Source: Azolla caroliniana
Taxonomy: Eukaryota; Plantae; Polypodiophyta
DNA length: 64,000 bases
NCBI GenBank assembly: GCA_043228905.1
Contig: JBHGNT010000016.1
Location: 1,674,001-1,738,000, forward strand
Direction: 5' to 3'
Of the stretch, positions 37,990 through 50,034 are shown one piece after another (within the stretch, counting starts at the first letter, position 1; each line of letters begins with the position of its first letter). A program made the translations under genes and the position numbers. A model generated the notes under the pieces. That model worked only from the letters and a program-made list of their open reading frames with translations. It had not been told where the DNA came from and did not search any database.

Positions 37990-39290
37990 GACTAGTCTAA
38001 GATCTGAAACACCTTTGATAACATCATATTCTCCTTTTGGTGTATGCACAACATCCACAACATTCAATTGACTACATCCACAACATTCCATTGAATTTGC
38101 TGAAATATCCTTCAACATCTACTAGTCCACAAAAACCCTATAATTATTGAACTAATTGTCTCCCAAACCACTCCATTCTAGACCGAATTAATAAGCATAC
38201 ATGGCAACACTTCCTCAACATATTGACCTCTTGTATATAATGCAAAGTTAACCTTTTCTTTTTCATAATCTTGTACCTCATCCTTAATATCAACCCACAT
38301 CACTGCCCCCCATTTATATACTTTAGAGCCATAAACCTCATGCAAGAGACGTAAAAACCTTTTCCAAACCAATTTGGCAGCCATACATGACCAAAATAGG
38401 TGATTCCGCGACTCCACTTCTAACCCAAAAAAAATCACACATCTTATCCACATCTTTACAATACATCTAAAACCTAACAAGTACCGCATAATTAACAATC
38501 AACCATCTAAATAGAATAATCTTCTTTGGAATTTGCATAGCCCATAACCATTTCCAAAATGTTGTCATGTGAGTATGATCAACATTATAAGTCAACCATG
38601 TTGTAGCTGTTATCACCCATTGAGGTACCCTATGTTGTATCATCTCCCTTCCCAATCGAACGGAAAACTGAAAAAACGGAATTGGCCTAACATCCTCCCC
38701 AGAATATGATGTAAGTAGCCACTTCCATTCCCCTGGGTCCCATTCCAATTCATATAATGGTTTTTTCCCCACTACCCATAGATCCCACCATGGATGAACA
38801 TCATTAGGATTAGGGTCAAGGACCCAAACCTTATCTACCTTAGCTAGAATTCTAATAGGTTTTAATATAGCCTCAACCAAACATTCATCTTCCTGGGGAA
38901 TCATCCGTAATCGTCCATCATGTAGAACATCATAACTTAAGAAAGTATCATCATATCTAAGGCCACAAACTCCAAGTAAAACCTGAAAAATTGAAAATAA
39001 TCCCACCCACTTATGACAATTAGAAAGTATATTATCCTGCAAGGGTAACTTCAACTTCCTTAACTCATCAACTATCACCTTTCCTCCTCTTATTCCTCTA
39101 TACTCTTGTTGAATAATATGAGTAGGGTTGTGAACAAACTGTTGCCAATTACTAAACGATGAGGCAAAAGATAAATCCACGTGAGCCCAATTTAATCTGA
39201 CTCTCCTCCCCAACCAAAGTGATACTAATGGATGGGAGCTGAAACTAATGTTATTTAATTTCATGGTAGTGCAATACTTACTTTATTGAA
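37990..39290 (-). mobile_element. L1-clade LINE 3' fragment (different subfamily)
   Basis: FWKWLWAMQIPKKIILFRWLIVNYA...C..C...VESRNHLFWSCMAAKLVW (zf-RVT). Confidence 0.75.
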
Positions 39291-40866
39291 TAGAAACGTG
39301 GGAGACTCTATCCCCCTTAATGCATGGAATGAGATTTAGAATGAAGCAAACAATTGGGAGTTAAATCGACCACACTCTACAAGCTTATGCTCATTGAAAT
39401 AGATGTTCAACTTGTAGAGACATTGGTGCTACAAAGGATATAGATGCATTAGTAACAATTACAAAATACACCTTGCTTAAAATGTTGGAAGTAAGCTACA
39501 AAAGAATCACAAGAGCAAAAATTCTCTCATGTGATTGGGTAGTTGATGTTAAAAATCGTTTAAAACATGGGGTATAAATGATCTCTTAGAGATTTCAAGT
39601 AATGCTATGAAATGTGGAGTTGTCAAGGAAAGGTTAATGAAACCACTAAGGAAGAAATGGGAAAGATGTTGGAATATACATTACAAACATCAACCTTGAA
39701 TGTTGGGTTCAATATAAGGCAAGAAAATTGATTGATCTTATTCAACCTTATCTCATTACTAACATGAATGTTTAGTCTTGTAGAGCTCTCACACTTTGTC
39801 AGACTCGATCACTCAAGCTCGGTATTGAAGTTGCATTATGACATCAAAATGTGTCAAATATAAAGGCATGTAATGCATGGAGGAAGGACTAGTAGATGAT
39901 GCACATCACTTCGTTTCTACATGCTCAACTAGTATAATTTGTGAAAGCTATGATGACACATTAAGAAGGGGCGAGAACTTGAGTGTCACACACTAAAGAG
40001 AACACATAGAAGGTTGACTTATACATGTATGCCTTCCTCACAGTGAGAGTTTGTGCTTCGACATGTGAGTGTTGCTTGTTAGGAAGGAGACATGTATCAA
40101 GAAAACTTGTACACTGTGGTTCCATGGATCAATATTGGCCTCTTTGAAGCTAAAATATATCTACTCTAATATGATGGAACCTATACATAACCAAAAGTGA
40201 GGTAAGCACAACTTTGACTTTAGTCCTACTAATGGATCCTATACATAACCACGGCTTAAGGTAAGTTCAACATCGACTAGTGCGTCATTTTCAAGTCCTC
40301 TCTATGAGAGAGAGACTAGAGAATTGTATTGTCTATTGATGAGTATGTGTGACAAACTCTAAATTAAGAAATTTGGGGATTTCTCAATTTATAGTTCGAA
40401 AATACTTAGATCTAAAATAGTTAACTGTTCATCAATCCCATTCCCAAAAGACCTAGATTTTTGTTAATATAAGACAATGACAAATTATCGAGACTCAAAC
40501 ATTCAACCGAAGAATAGAAAACAACACAATCCAAATTGGATATATATTGACGACATATTGAAAGCATACCTACGTGACGACATCCATATAGCTATGGATT
40601 TGAGGGAACTCTTTGTGTAGAGATTCAACTAATAGGAGGTCTAGGGTTATTCGTCTAGACATAACAATAGAGTAGGGTAGAGATTCGAGGTCTAATCGAA
40701 ACACAAACAACACAATAGAGTAGAAGCTCAAGGTTCGCCAGTTGTTTGATTAGGCATAAAGAAGTAAGAGAATTCCCGATGGATGTAGTTCGAGCTGCCG
40801 TGGTTGGTTGGTAGTCAGGTGTTCGAGTCCTCGCGACATCTAACTAACGAAAGTCTTGTGGGACAT

Positions 40867-40867
<1 letters not shown>

Positions 40868-40917
<50 letters not shown>
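40868..40917. repeat. (CA)n microsatellite upstream of the sigma factor gene
   Basis: Seen directly. Confidence 0.95.
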
Positions 40918-40918
<1 letters not shown>

Positions 40919-41041
40919 CATGACAATAGAAAACCTCTGCTTTTTGAAAAACAACTCATGCAAAGCTTCCTCTTGTGTGTGTTTTTTTTGTATCCTAAAG
41001 CATTGCTTTTGTTCTCCTTCTTGCACTCACTCAGCTATGGC

Positions 41042-44000
41042 ATGGAGGGCTTCGTCCATGCTCGCCCTCTACACACCCATGTAAGTCTCTCTCCCTCACT
41101 CAGCTATGCCATGGAGATTCTAATTATGATAATTGAGAAATTAGTAGGATAGAGAGGAACAGAGTGATTAGAGCAGATCACGTAAAATTCATCAAGCTAG
41201 AGACAGAGAAGAAACCCTGGGGTTAGAACATGAGTGATTTGAACTCAAATAATCAAGTAAAGCACAAAAGAAGGACTTGGATCAATCCCCGTTTAGATGG
41301 AAACAATTGCTCTGTTTTCCTAAACCAGGGTGTAATTATATATATGCGCGCCCGTGTGTGTGTGTGTGTTATAAGGAGAAATTACTTGAGGAGCAAAAGA
41401 AGGACAAAGTGATTTAGAAGACTTGTATCTTCCAGTTAAGACACAAGTGATATAAGATGGGTCTTCATCAGTCTCTGCTCTTACACATCACACAATGAGT
41501 ACAAAAAGGCAGAGTTATTGAGGCATATAATCAATCTAGAGACAAAAATATCTCTGATCGTACTCTCTGGTATCACGTGGTTAAAACTATATATTTATGG
41601 TTCACTTATTATTCCTGTTCTTACATATATCACAAAATGAGCAAGTGACTAACAGTGTTTGATTCGAAGTCGGAAAAATAGAGAACTTTGGATCAAACCG
41701 TGTATGCCACTTGGGTTTTGGGACAGCTCACAAAAGTTAATGGAATGTTAATATTGACGATTTATGAAGCCATTCTTGCTACATATAAAGAAATAGTAAG
41801 AGCTATCGATAAAATAAACTTTGCTAATCTCCATCTTTGATCAAAACATCTTTTTTATTGAAAATCGTGGCTGCTTTAAGTCAGAAGAAAACATAGGACT
41901 CCCAGGGGAAGCATGTGTTTTTGAATCTAATTATTGACATTTTTGCCTTCCACATGGTCTATTTTACTTCTAAAAGCATTCAAAAGAAGTAAAATTTTAT
42001 ATATGGTGATGGTTGCAACCCCATGTAGTACACGGGTAATAGATGTATCCTGATGCTTTTTCTTAGGCAGTTAGTCATATGTTGCCTGTATTCTACTTGA
42101 ATTAATCCATGTATTGCACATGCCAGGTTTTTATCCAATCCTTTGACAGAAGTGCACAGAGAAGATTTTCTTGTCATGGGTTTCTAGACAGCAAGGTACT
42201 GTGAAACATGGGATTAGTTTCTCTTTTGTCATCGTATTTATTTATGAGTATTGTTAAAATGTCTTTATGGTGAGCAGGATTCGTTGGGATCCAAAGTGGT
42301 TTACAAAGAGTCAAATAGGCAGTCAAAAATTTCTTGTTTGAGATCTCAGCCTCCACTCACCAAAATAGAGGAATATCAATGCTTTGCAGATGTGCAGGTA
42401 TCTTATGTATGCATGCATAAATTAAAATATTATTGAACCGTTGTCATTCTTTATGCTTGGTATATCATGAATGATACACATGACTACCACTTCTGTAAAG
42501 ATTAAATCATTTCCCTTTCTTTGGCTCACATATAACAAGCATAATTTGTTCTTGCTTACTTTAAGGATCTAGTCTCTCTTGAAGGCAAGAAAAATGAGCT
42601 GGAAAAAGAACTTGGTCGAGCTCCAACATATAAAGAATGGGCAGGTTATGTAGGATGCTCAATTTACAATCTTTATGCAAGGTAGTTTCGTGTCATCAAG
42701 TTATTAGTTATTTTGCAGATCTTTCACATAAGTCTTCTATAATAAGCTAATTAAAGGACGGAAATTAAATTGTCAACTTATAGAATTGGAAAAGGGAGGG
42801 CTGCAAAAAGGAAGATGATAAAGGCAAATCTTCCTCTAGTTTCTTTCATTGCAAAGGAGTTTCAGGGGCGGGGCCTTTCTCACCGAGAGCTTTTCCAGGT
42901 ATATCTTGTGCATATGTATTATTTCTAGTTCATATTCTATTGTCAAATAGACATGCGATGGTGGTGGCATTGCCAACCTTAGAAAGAGAGAAAAACAAGC
43001 TGATCCTTAGCTATACTTGCATTTATAATGCATGTTGAGTATTCTCATTGATAAGTGGAAAATGAGTAATGGGGATGTAGATTGTCTTCATAATTGATCA
43101 AGCTACTAAAATGTAAGTCAGTAGAGAAACATCGAGAGAGATTTGCTATTATGAGGAATGAAATAAGGAGGAAGATAGCATGCTGGTTAGGTACTACTTT
43201 TAATGCAATCATGCAGAGAGTTAAGCCTTTTGTAGTTAATAGTGAAGGAAGGAAATTCTCTTTTTTGGTGATGATTGATATTTTTCTTTCATTACCAGGA
43301 AGGAGCCAAAGGCCTTGTGAAGAGCACCGAAAAATTTGACATCTCTTTTGATACAAAATTCTCCACATACTCTTATTTCTGGATTCGACAGGTATACTCT
43401 GGAAATTTGTAATATTGATACTTGGAGTTTGTGGTTGAATATTGTTATATTTTCTCTTTGTTTTAGTTATTTGAATATATACAACTTTCAAAAGATTTCA
43501 CATTATTTACTGGGTTTTGGTAAAGCAATTATAAATATGAAGATGCATTAGATTTAGAGTTGTTGATAAATCCTCCCGTAAGTTGATACAAGGTGAACTC
43601 TAATAGTCTGAATGTAGTTTATTGGCAAGCAAAGAATTCTAGTATATGTTTTCTATATACATCATATTTCTGGTCAACAATCTATGAGTCTGTTAATTTG
43701 GAAATCTTGGGGTTAAAGAATTCAGAATTTCTTACGAATCCTGTAAGAGCAAGAGAATAAAAACATTCACTTGGTAAAATTGCTTGAATTGGTGTCAAAT
43801 TAATTTTGTTGAAACAGTTAATTTTTTGAATACCTAAGGTGTTCTAATTAAAAAGATTTTGGAACTGTATTATTACAAATTGCTTGAATTGGTGTCAAAT
43901 TAATTTTGTTGAAACAGTTAATTTTTTGAATACCTAAGGTGGTCTAATTAAAAAGATTTTGGAACTGTATTACCAGAAAGAAAACACTTGTTTCTGAAAG

Positions 44001-46077
44001 ATAATGTACGTGTCATGTGCTACATCTGACTGCTGTTTTTGTTTCTTGAAACATTTTGAGTAGAGAATGTCAGCTGCAGTGTATACATTACAAAATTTGT
44101 TTGTGATGGCAAGATCAGCACAGAAGACAGCAACGTATGTGTTGCAATGCAAAGATGTAAGTGATACTCGTTAATCAATCAAATGATCCTCAAATAGCTA
44201 AGTTTGTACATGCTTGTTAGTGATGAATTTCATACTGAAACCAAGATCCCAGCTTCAGAAGGTACAAGAATTCCATGATGATCAATTAACTAAACCTTAA
44301 TACCTTTCTAGCAAAGGTATTCCTGTTGAGGTTTTCTACATATTCCTAAGTGGGTAGTAATACGACAACCCTTAGTGATCAAGAAAATGTATAGACATGC
44401 TTCTTGAGACTCTTTGATTCAGCATATGGTATTTGTTGGTTATGATTAAACATGAAATCAAATGAGCTTTATTTCTGATGTTATAATGAAGCACCTCATT
44501 TTTCAAAATCACAATTTTCATGGAATGATGATTGGTCGTTATTGTATTTAAAAGAAAAATTATTATGACCCAAAATTTATCTTATCTAAATTAATTGCAA
44601 ACTGTCAGGAATTTCGGGAGATAAATGGAAGAAACCCATCTATGGATGAGCTTTCTGCATTCTCAAAACTAAATAAGACAAAGGTAAGCTGAGTCATCGA
44701 TCTCTATGTAAAACACAAAACATAAGCCATGAATGTAATCTTTTATCTATTCATATAATGGGGTATCTAGATATACTGTATATAATATAATAGCCTTTTC
44801 TTACATGACCTTTCTTCTTTAATAGAAGTTTATAGTAGTTATGTCTTTAAATGTTTTTTCAGATAAGAGAATCATTATATGTGGTAAGATCCTCGAAAGC
44901 ATTGAATTTCCAATTCAAGGATGATGAGAACCGTTCAGAAAATATGGATCTTGAGGATGTGGAAAGTGATCTATCATGGATGGTATGTATTGAAAACTTT
45001 TCTGCAAATATGGCCGTTTGCAAACAAATGGCGTGTTAAACCCCAAAAACATTTGCTATAATCCTTGCTCTCAAGATTTTTCTGGGTGGTGCTTTTATTA
45101 TTATTAAACCTTACGTATATAAATAACAATTCATTTGTTTGCTGTTTTCAGAAGTTATTGCAGAATGAGTTGAAGGCTGAGCTGAGAATGATTTTCAGTC
45201 AACTAAGCTCCCGTGAGTTGCAGGTGTCGACATTTTTATGGCATTGGTTCATTTCTCTTTCGACTAAACTCTCTACAAACTTATTACCATTTAGCTTTAT
45301 TATCATGTAGAGAAGTCAAATTAAGCAGGTTATATCTTTTGAGGTAAACCAAGGATGGAAACATACAACATGAATGCTGTCATGATCTTTTTCTTTCGCG
45401 TTCATTAGTCTATTCTCTCTCTCTCTCTCTCTCTGTGGCTGTTGGGTTGGTGATTTGCACACCATAGCATGAAAGTCATAAATTTCAGAGAACCCACTCA
45501 AGTTCCATCCTCACCATAGGCTCCGGCTCGACCCCATAGGTTGTATATTGGTCTCCTGTAGAAGTTATGTAAATAAGTGTGAGCCTAGCATAGTTAGGTC
45601 ATATATACTTATTACTGATACATAGACTTTGCTCAGTTTAACAACGTTATGTTTTGCTAACAGGTTGTAAAAATGAGGTATGGTTTGTTTGGAGGCTCTC
45701 CTCTAAGTCTTGTGCAGGTGGGTGCATGCCGTTGGTTTCAAAGTATTCTTACGTTTCGCACCTTTTTACTTTTTGAAATAAATCAGATTGTTCATTCTTA
45801 ATATATATTGTGAAGTTCTGTTTTCCTGAGTCTTTTGTAGATTGCAATAGCTTTGGATGTAAGTCACGAATCAGTTAGAATGGCAGAGGTTCAGAACTTC
45901 GCTTTTTTTTTTTTTTTTTTGCTGTTTTAACAAAAAGCTAATCATGTACATGAATTTACTACTAATGAGATTGAATGAAATATACAGAAAAAAGCTCTCC
46001 GAAAATTGAGGAGTTCTGCAGATGTGAATGGTCTCCGTCATTATCTATGGGCTGCAGAAAAGTTCAGAACAGAATGA
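41042..46077 (+). CDS. Nuclear-encoded sigma-70-type RNA polymerase sigma factor (organellar SIG-like), divergent, about 386 aa, about 14 exons
   Basis: Exons 41042-41080, 41656-41735, 42150-42195 (these three tentative), 42278-42397, 42566-42681, 42784-42898, 43299-43391, 44064-44156, 44609-44683, 44863-44982, 45152-45223, 45664-45717, 45841-45888, 45988-46077, with consistent phases. Motifs LTKIEE (1.2), LGRAPTYKEWA, MIKANLPLVSFIAKEFQGRGL, QEGAKGLVKSTEKFD, KFSTYSYFWIRQ, GRNPSMDELS, LSSRELQVVKMRYGL, EKKALRKLR. Confidence 0.88.
43777..43972. repeat. 100-bp tandem duplication in a sigma factor intron
   Basis: AAATTGCTTGAATTGGTGTC...GGAACTGTATTA begins at 43777 and 43877; the copies are nearly identical. 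Confidence 0.92.
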
Positions 46078-46609
46078 TTTTTTAAATTAAATTTCCCTCT
46101 TTACACCCATCTAGAGGGGAGGGCCCCTTGATTGTTGGGAGGAATCTTTTTGCTATAATTCTGCAAATTCAATTCAAATTCAACAAAGCCATATTTGTAT
46201 GAACGATGATCCTATAAAGAAATAAATAGTGTTGATATTTATGGAGTTTGTCTGATTCATCAACCACTCTCAAAACCATAATGTATTATTATATACGATA
46301 TAAGTTTATACTGCATCAACGCAATTACTGGTGGACGTAGACAATTCTTGCTCATGGTCATGAGCAGGCAGTAGATGGGGGTAGGGCAGACTGTTTGATC
46401 TGAAGCTTTAACAGACATGAAACGATCATGAAACAGACATGAAATCAAGAAAAAATTCGTGCCAAATAAACTGACAGGTTCTATACAACGTACTGTAGAG
46501 ACAAAATCAGATATATGACCATTGAATTGCGTAGAAACAGGCAAGGGTAACAAATTTTTGAAAGTTAGAACTTAGAATAGATAACTATTTAAGGAGTTGT
46601 TGGTGAATG

Positions 46610-46925
46610 CACAGGTTCAATCAACAAGCCAGTTGAAGCCAATACTAGAGCCCAGAAATTAACATGTATTCAAGGTCTAGGTATTGTAACCACAAAGATG
46701 CAATTAGAGGTGATATCATTATAGCTGTGGTGAAAGCAGCAGTACCAATATGCCTTTGAAAAGGTCTGAACTAGTAGGGAAATGAAACAAGATAAACAGA
46801 ATGATTCTCATATTTGATGCCAACTCAATTGCTATGTAAATCAGGAATGAAATCATAGACGAACTCAAATTTTTGGTTCAGTTGCCAGTGAACCAAGATA
46901 CAGGCACAACTTGGAAATATACTGT
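46610..46925 (+). pseudogene. rpl14: Old nuclear insertion of plastid rpl14 (NUPT)
   Basis: Degenerate translation ANTRAQKLTCIQGLG...GDIIIAVVKAAVP-MPLKRSELV...IFDANS...TQIFGSVASE matches uL14c ([54 protein letters not shown]), with frameshifts and a deletion. Confidence 0.75.
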
Positions 46926-47270
46926 GTGAACAAGAATGTAGTAAATACCATACATGGAAGTGTGAACACAGATTTAAGTACCCTGATATTGTACTGTTTC
47001 ACAAGAGAATCTTGGTGATGTACTACTATCATTGTTTTGCATTTGATCATAGATACATTACAACCACCACCTTGCTGTCATCCATAGGCCATACTTAAAG
47101 AACAACTAATGTTAACATTTCAACTAAGCACCAAAAATATACCATTGGAAAATCCACTCACGCCAAGATTACAAAATATAATAGCAATCTTTACCCATTG
47201 CCAGATGTAAAATATATAACAAGCTCCTAAACATCCTAGAGGAAGATTGCCCCATATCAAAATTTCACAA

Positions 47271-47721
47271 TTAAACAGTTTCAATTTCAAGACCATATGC
47301 TTGGAAGTAATCGCGAAATTCTACCCACTCAATATCTCCATCTCCATTTGCATCGAGTTTACTGAACATATCATCCAATAGCTCCTGCAGACGAATATCA
47401 ATTTCAAGCTTTCAGGTTACAAAGAAATGCTAACGAATTCTTCCTTATACAAGATGGAAGAATGAATGTATTTGAAATCATCCTTGGAAAATAATTTCAT
47501 TTCATCCAGATAGTGAAATCAAAATTCTAAAACAGATTTTTGGACATTCATGGGAAAAAAATGTATAACATCTTGGTTCACTTGTCCAGGGCAATATGTT
47601 CTAGAGTGCGACCAAAGTTGCCACTTGAATTCAGGTTTGAGGGAATCCATCAGAATGAAGCCAGACTCTCCCGCAGCAGATCCATAGTCCATCGTTTTGG
47701 AAAGCAGGTAGTCCGCGCGCG

Positions 47722-47756
<35 letters not shown>

Positions 47757-50034
47757 GGAATTATGAAGTTTCATTTCTTGAGAGGATTAGAGCTTTACTT
47801 TACAAACCTCATTGCTAGTAGCAGCTTGCATTAGACATTAAATTACCAGGATATTCAGCCATATTAAGCTAATATATCATATGCTTCCATGAGGCGTTAA
47901 ATTAATCAAGATTATTAGCCATAATAAGCTAATATATTATGCGCTCATTTATTATTATTTGACATTAAGCGTTTATTCCAACTATAACATGCGTCTGCCT
48001 ATGATTTTCTCAATCTACTTTCTGGTGTGATTAGGAGCATCAGATTTAACTAAGCATACACAGGTAATTATGAAACCTTTTGAATTTTTAATCTATGAGC
48101 ATATTTCAATTATTTTTTCAACTAAATATATCAACCTCAGGCACATTGCGATGACCACATTTTATCTCCATTAGGTCTTCCATCATCATCATTAATTCTG
48201 AACGACTAAGCTTTGCATCAGCATCAAGGTTGTATCTATCCCAGATCCTGCATTTATGAATTAACATACTTGTTACTAGTTGGGTTCAAATGCTCTGTTT
48301 ATTGTTTGGTCATAAATTCAAGGATCTAATGGGAAGGACCTTCTTAAGTCTCCTATCTGAAGCCTAGACTTCTCCAAATGGCAGAGAAGATCCTTGCTAC
48401 ATGAAGCCCATGATGCAGACAAATAATCTGAAGATTGCATATGAATGAGACGTGATACAGTACGGTTGAAAGCAAATTCTTCATCTTTTTCTTCATAAAG
48501 GGAGTTCTCTCCCTTCAAAATTTCCTTCTCGATACTGAAAACAAATAAAGCAAAATTTCATGGCAATCATGGTAAGTATTGCTTACTGATAATTTATCTA
48601 AGCATACCTTGTCATATATAAATCCCTTGGATCCACGCTTGCACTAACTACTAGCTTTACCCTCTGTTAATAAAATTTATATCTTGAGTATAACCTGATC
48701 ATCATCTATTCTAAATTCCACAAGAATGTAAATTGAATGACATTAATTATGTTAGCTCTGCGAACTGCTATAACTCATCAGAGAACTCACATGAGTAATC
48801 TCCCAAATTGAGAATAAAGTAGAATTATTACAGATAGCACACATGATATATATATATATATTATGATGATATTAGTTGCCGTTAATATTAATCAGATAGA
48901 TGGTCAATATTATGATCTCAATACTCCCAAATATCAAGAATTGTAATGGGTATACGCAGTTTGTTCATTAAATTGATTTTGGCTGCCAGGGAGTTTACTG
49001 TATACAAACACTCATATTACCTGTGCATTGAAGGCATAATTTAAATCCACCTTTTCTGTAAATTTCCTATTCAATCTGTAATTACCCCTTAAAATTGTAC
49101 CCTTATGTATGTTAAAGTTGTATACTAGGGATCTAGAAATAAACTTATATTTCACATGACAGAGTATACATTTCATGTGTTTCAATTTACGCTTAAATTA
49201 TAAATTTCTACGGATAAATAGCAGTAGCATCTAATCTTGTGCACTCTAGTTGTGCGAGTTCATAAGAAAGAAACATCAGAAAAGTTTTTATACCTGTTCG
49301 TAAAGGACATCAACAAGAGTAATAAATCTCCTTACCTAAAATGAATAAAGAAGAAGAATCACACCGCATATAAATATCTAAAATGGGAGCCATATTTTAT
49401 GGGATTCATCTAAAATGATCATCAATACCATCTCATTGTGAGAAGAAGTCAATTGAGGTATATTTGCTATAAAGAGGGTATGGAAAGATGCAGCAATGGC
49501 AACATAATCTGATGCTCCTTTTGGCAAGCCACAAAGGTCCACAAAATCAAAATAGGCAACACCTCCAGCAGCCTTTGGAACTGAGAAGCATCAAACCATA
49601 AATACTCATGAAATGGAAGAATGCAAAAGGAGCGTATTCAATCACCAACTAAAATTTGGATCCATAACCTTGGATCGCTCGTGAACCTTGTCTCAATACA
49701 ACAGGCTCTATAGGTCGATCATCTGCTAATCGCATAAACATGTTTTCAAGATCAGAGGCAGTCTCTGCGTTCAAAGGTTTGTACCAAACAGTACATAGTG
49801 CACTGTAGAAAAGTATACGATGAGCTACTTTTTCTAGAGCATGAGTAAGTTTAATAGAGACACATCTGTTCCAGAAAAATAATCAGCACAAATAACTAAC
49901 CTTTTAGTATCTGGGGGTGAACTTATCAGTCGGTAGTCTATACATGTAGGGTTGAAGGCATGAATCTCACAACTGCGTTTTATAATTTCAATACAAGGCA
50001 AAAATAGATCCCTTTGAAGACCATTCTTGTAGAG
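47271..50034 (-). CDS. AFG1: AFG1/LACE1/ZapE-family ATPase with C-terminal EF-hand pair (3' eight exons; 5' exons not in window)
   Basis: Exons 50034-49901, 49802-49669, 49580-49429, 49335-49294, 48663-48608, 48534-48340, 48247-48136, 47384-47271, all GT-AG and in phase. AFG1 motifs LYKNGLQRDLFLP, IDYR, FDFVDLCGLPKGASDY, RRFITLVDVLYE, EEFAFNRTVSRLIHMQS. EF loops NLDADAKLSRSE and DANGDGDIEWVE. Confidence 0.88.

Noticed and set aside
39400-40850. Possible gypsy/LTR remnant
   Set aside because: Only faint integrase-like traces; too degraded to support a call.
43392-44608. Apparent deletion of sigma region 2.4/3.0 suggesting a pseudogene
   Set aside because: A phase-compatible 93-nt exon of the expected length was found at 44064-44156.
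7714-50034. Functional cluster of organellar genes (COA6, sigma, AFG1)
   Set aside because: Adjacency of three unrelated organellar genes is unremarkable without co-expression or synteny evidence.
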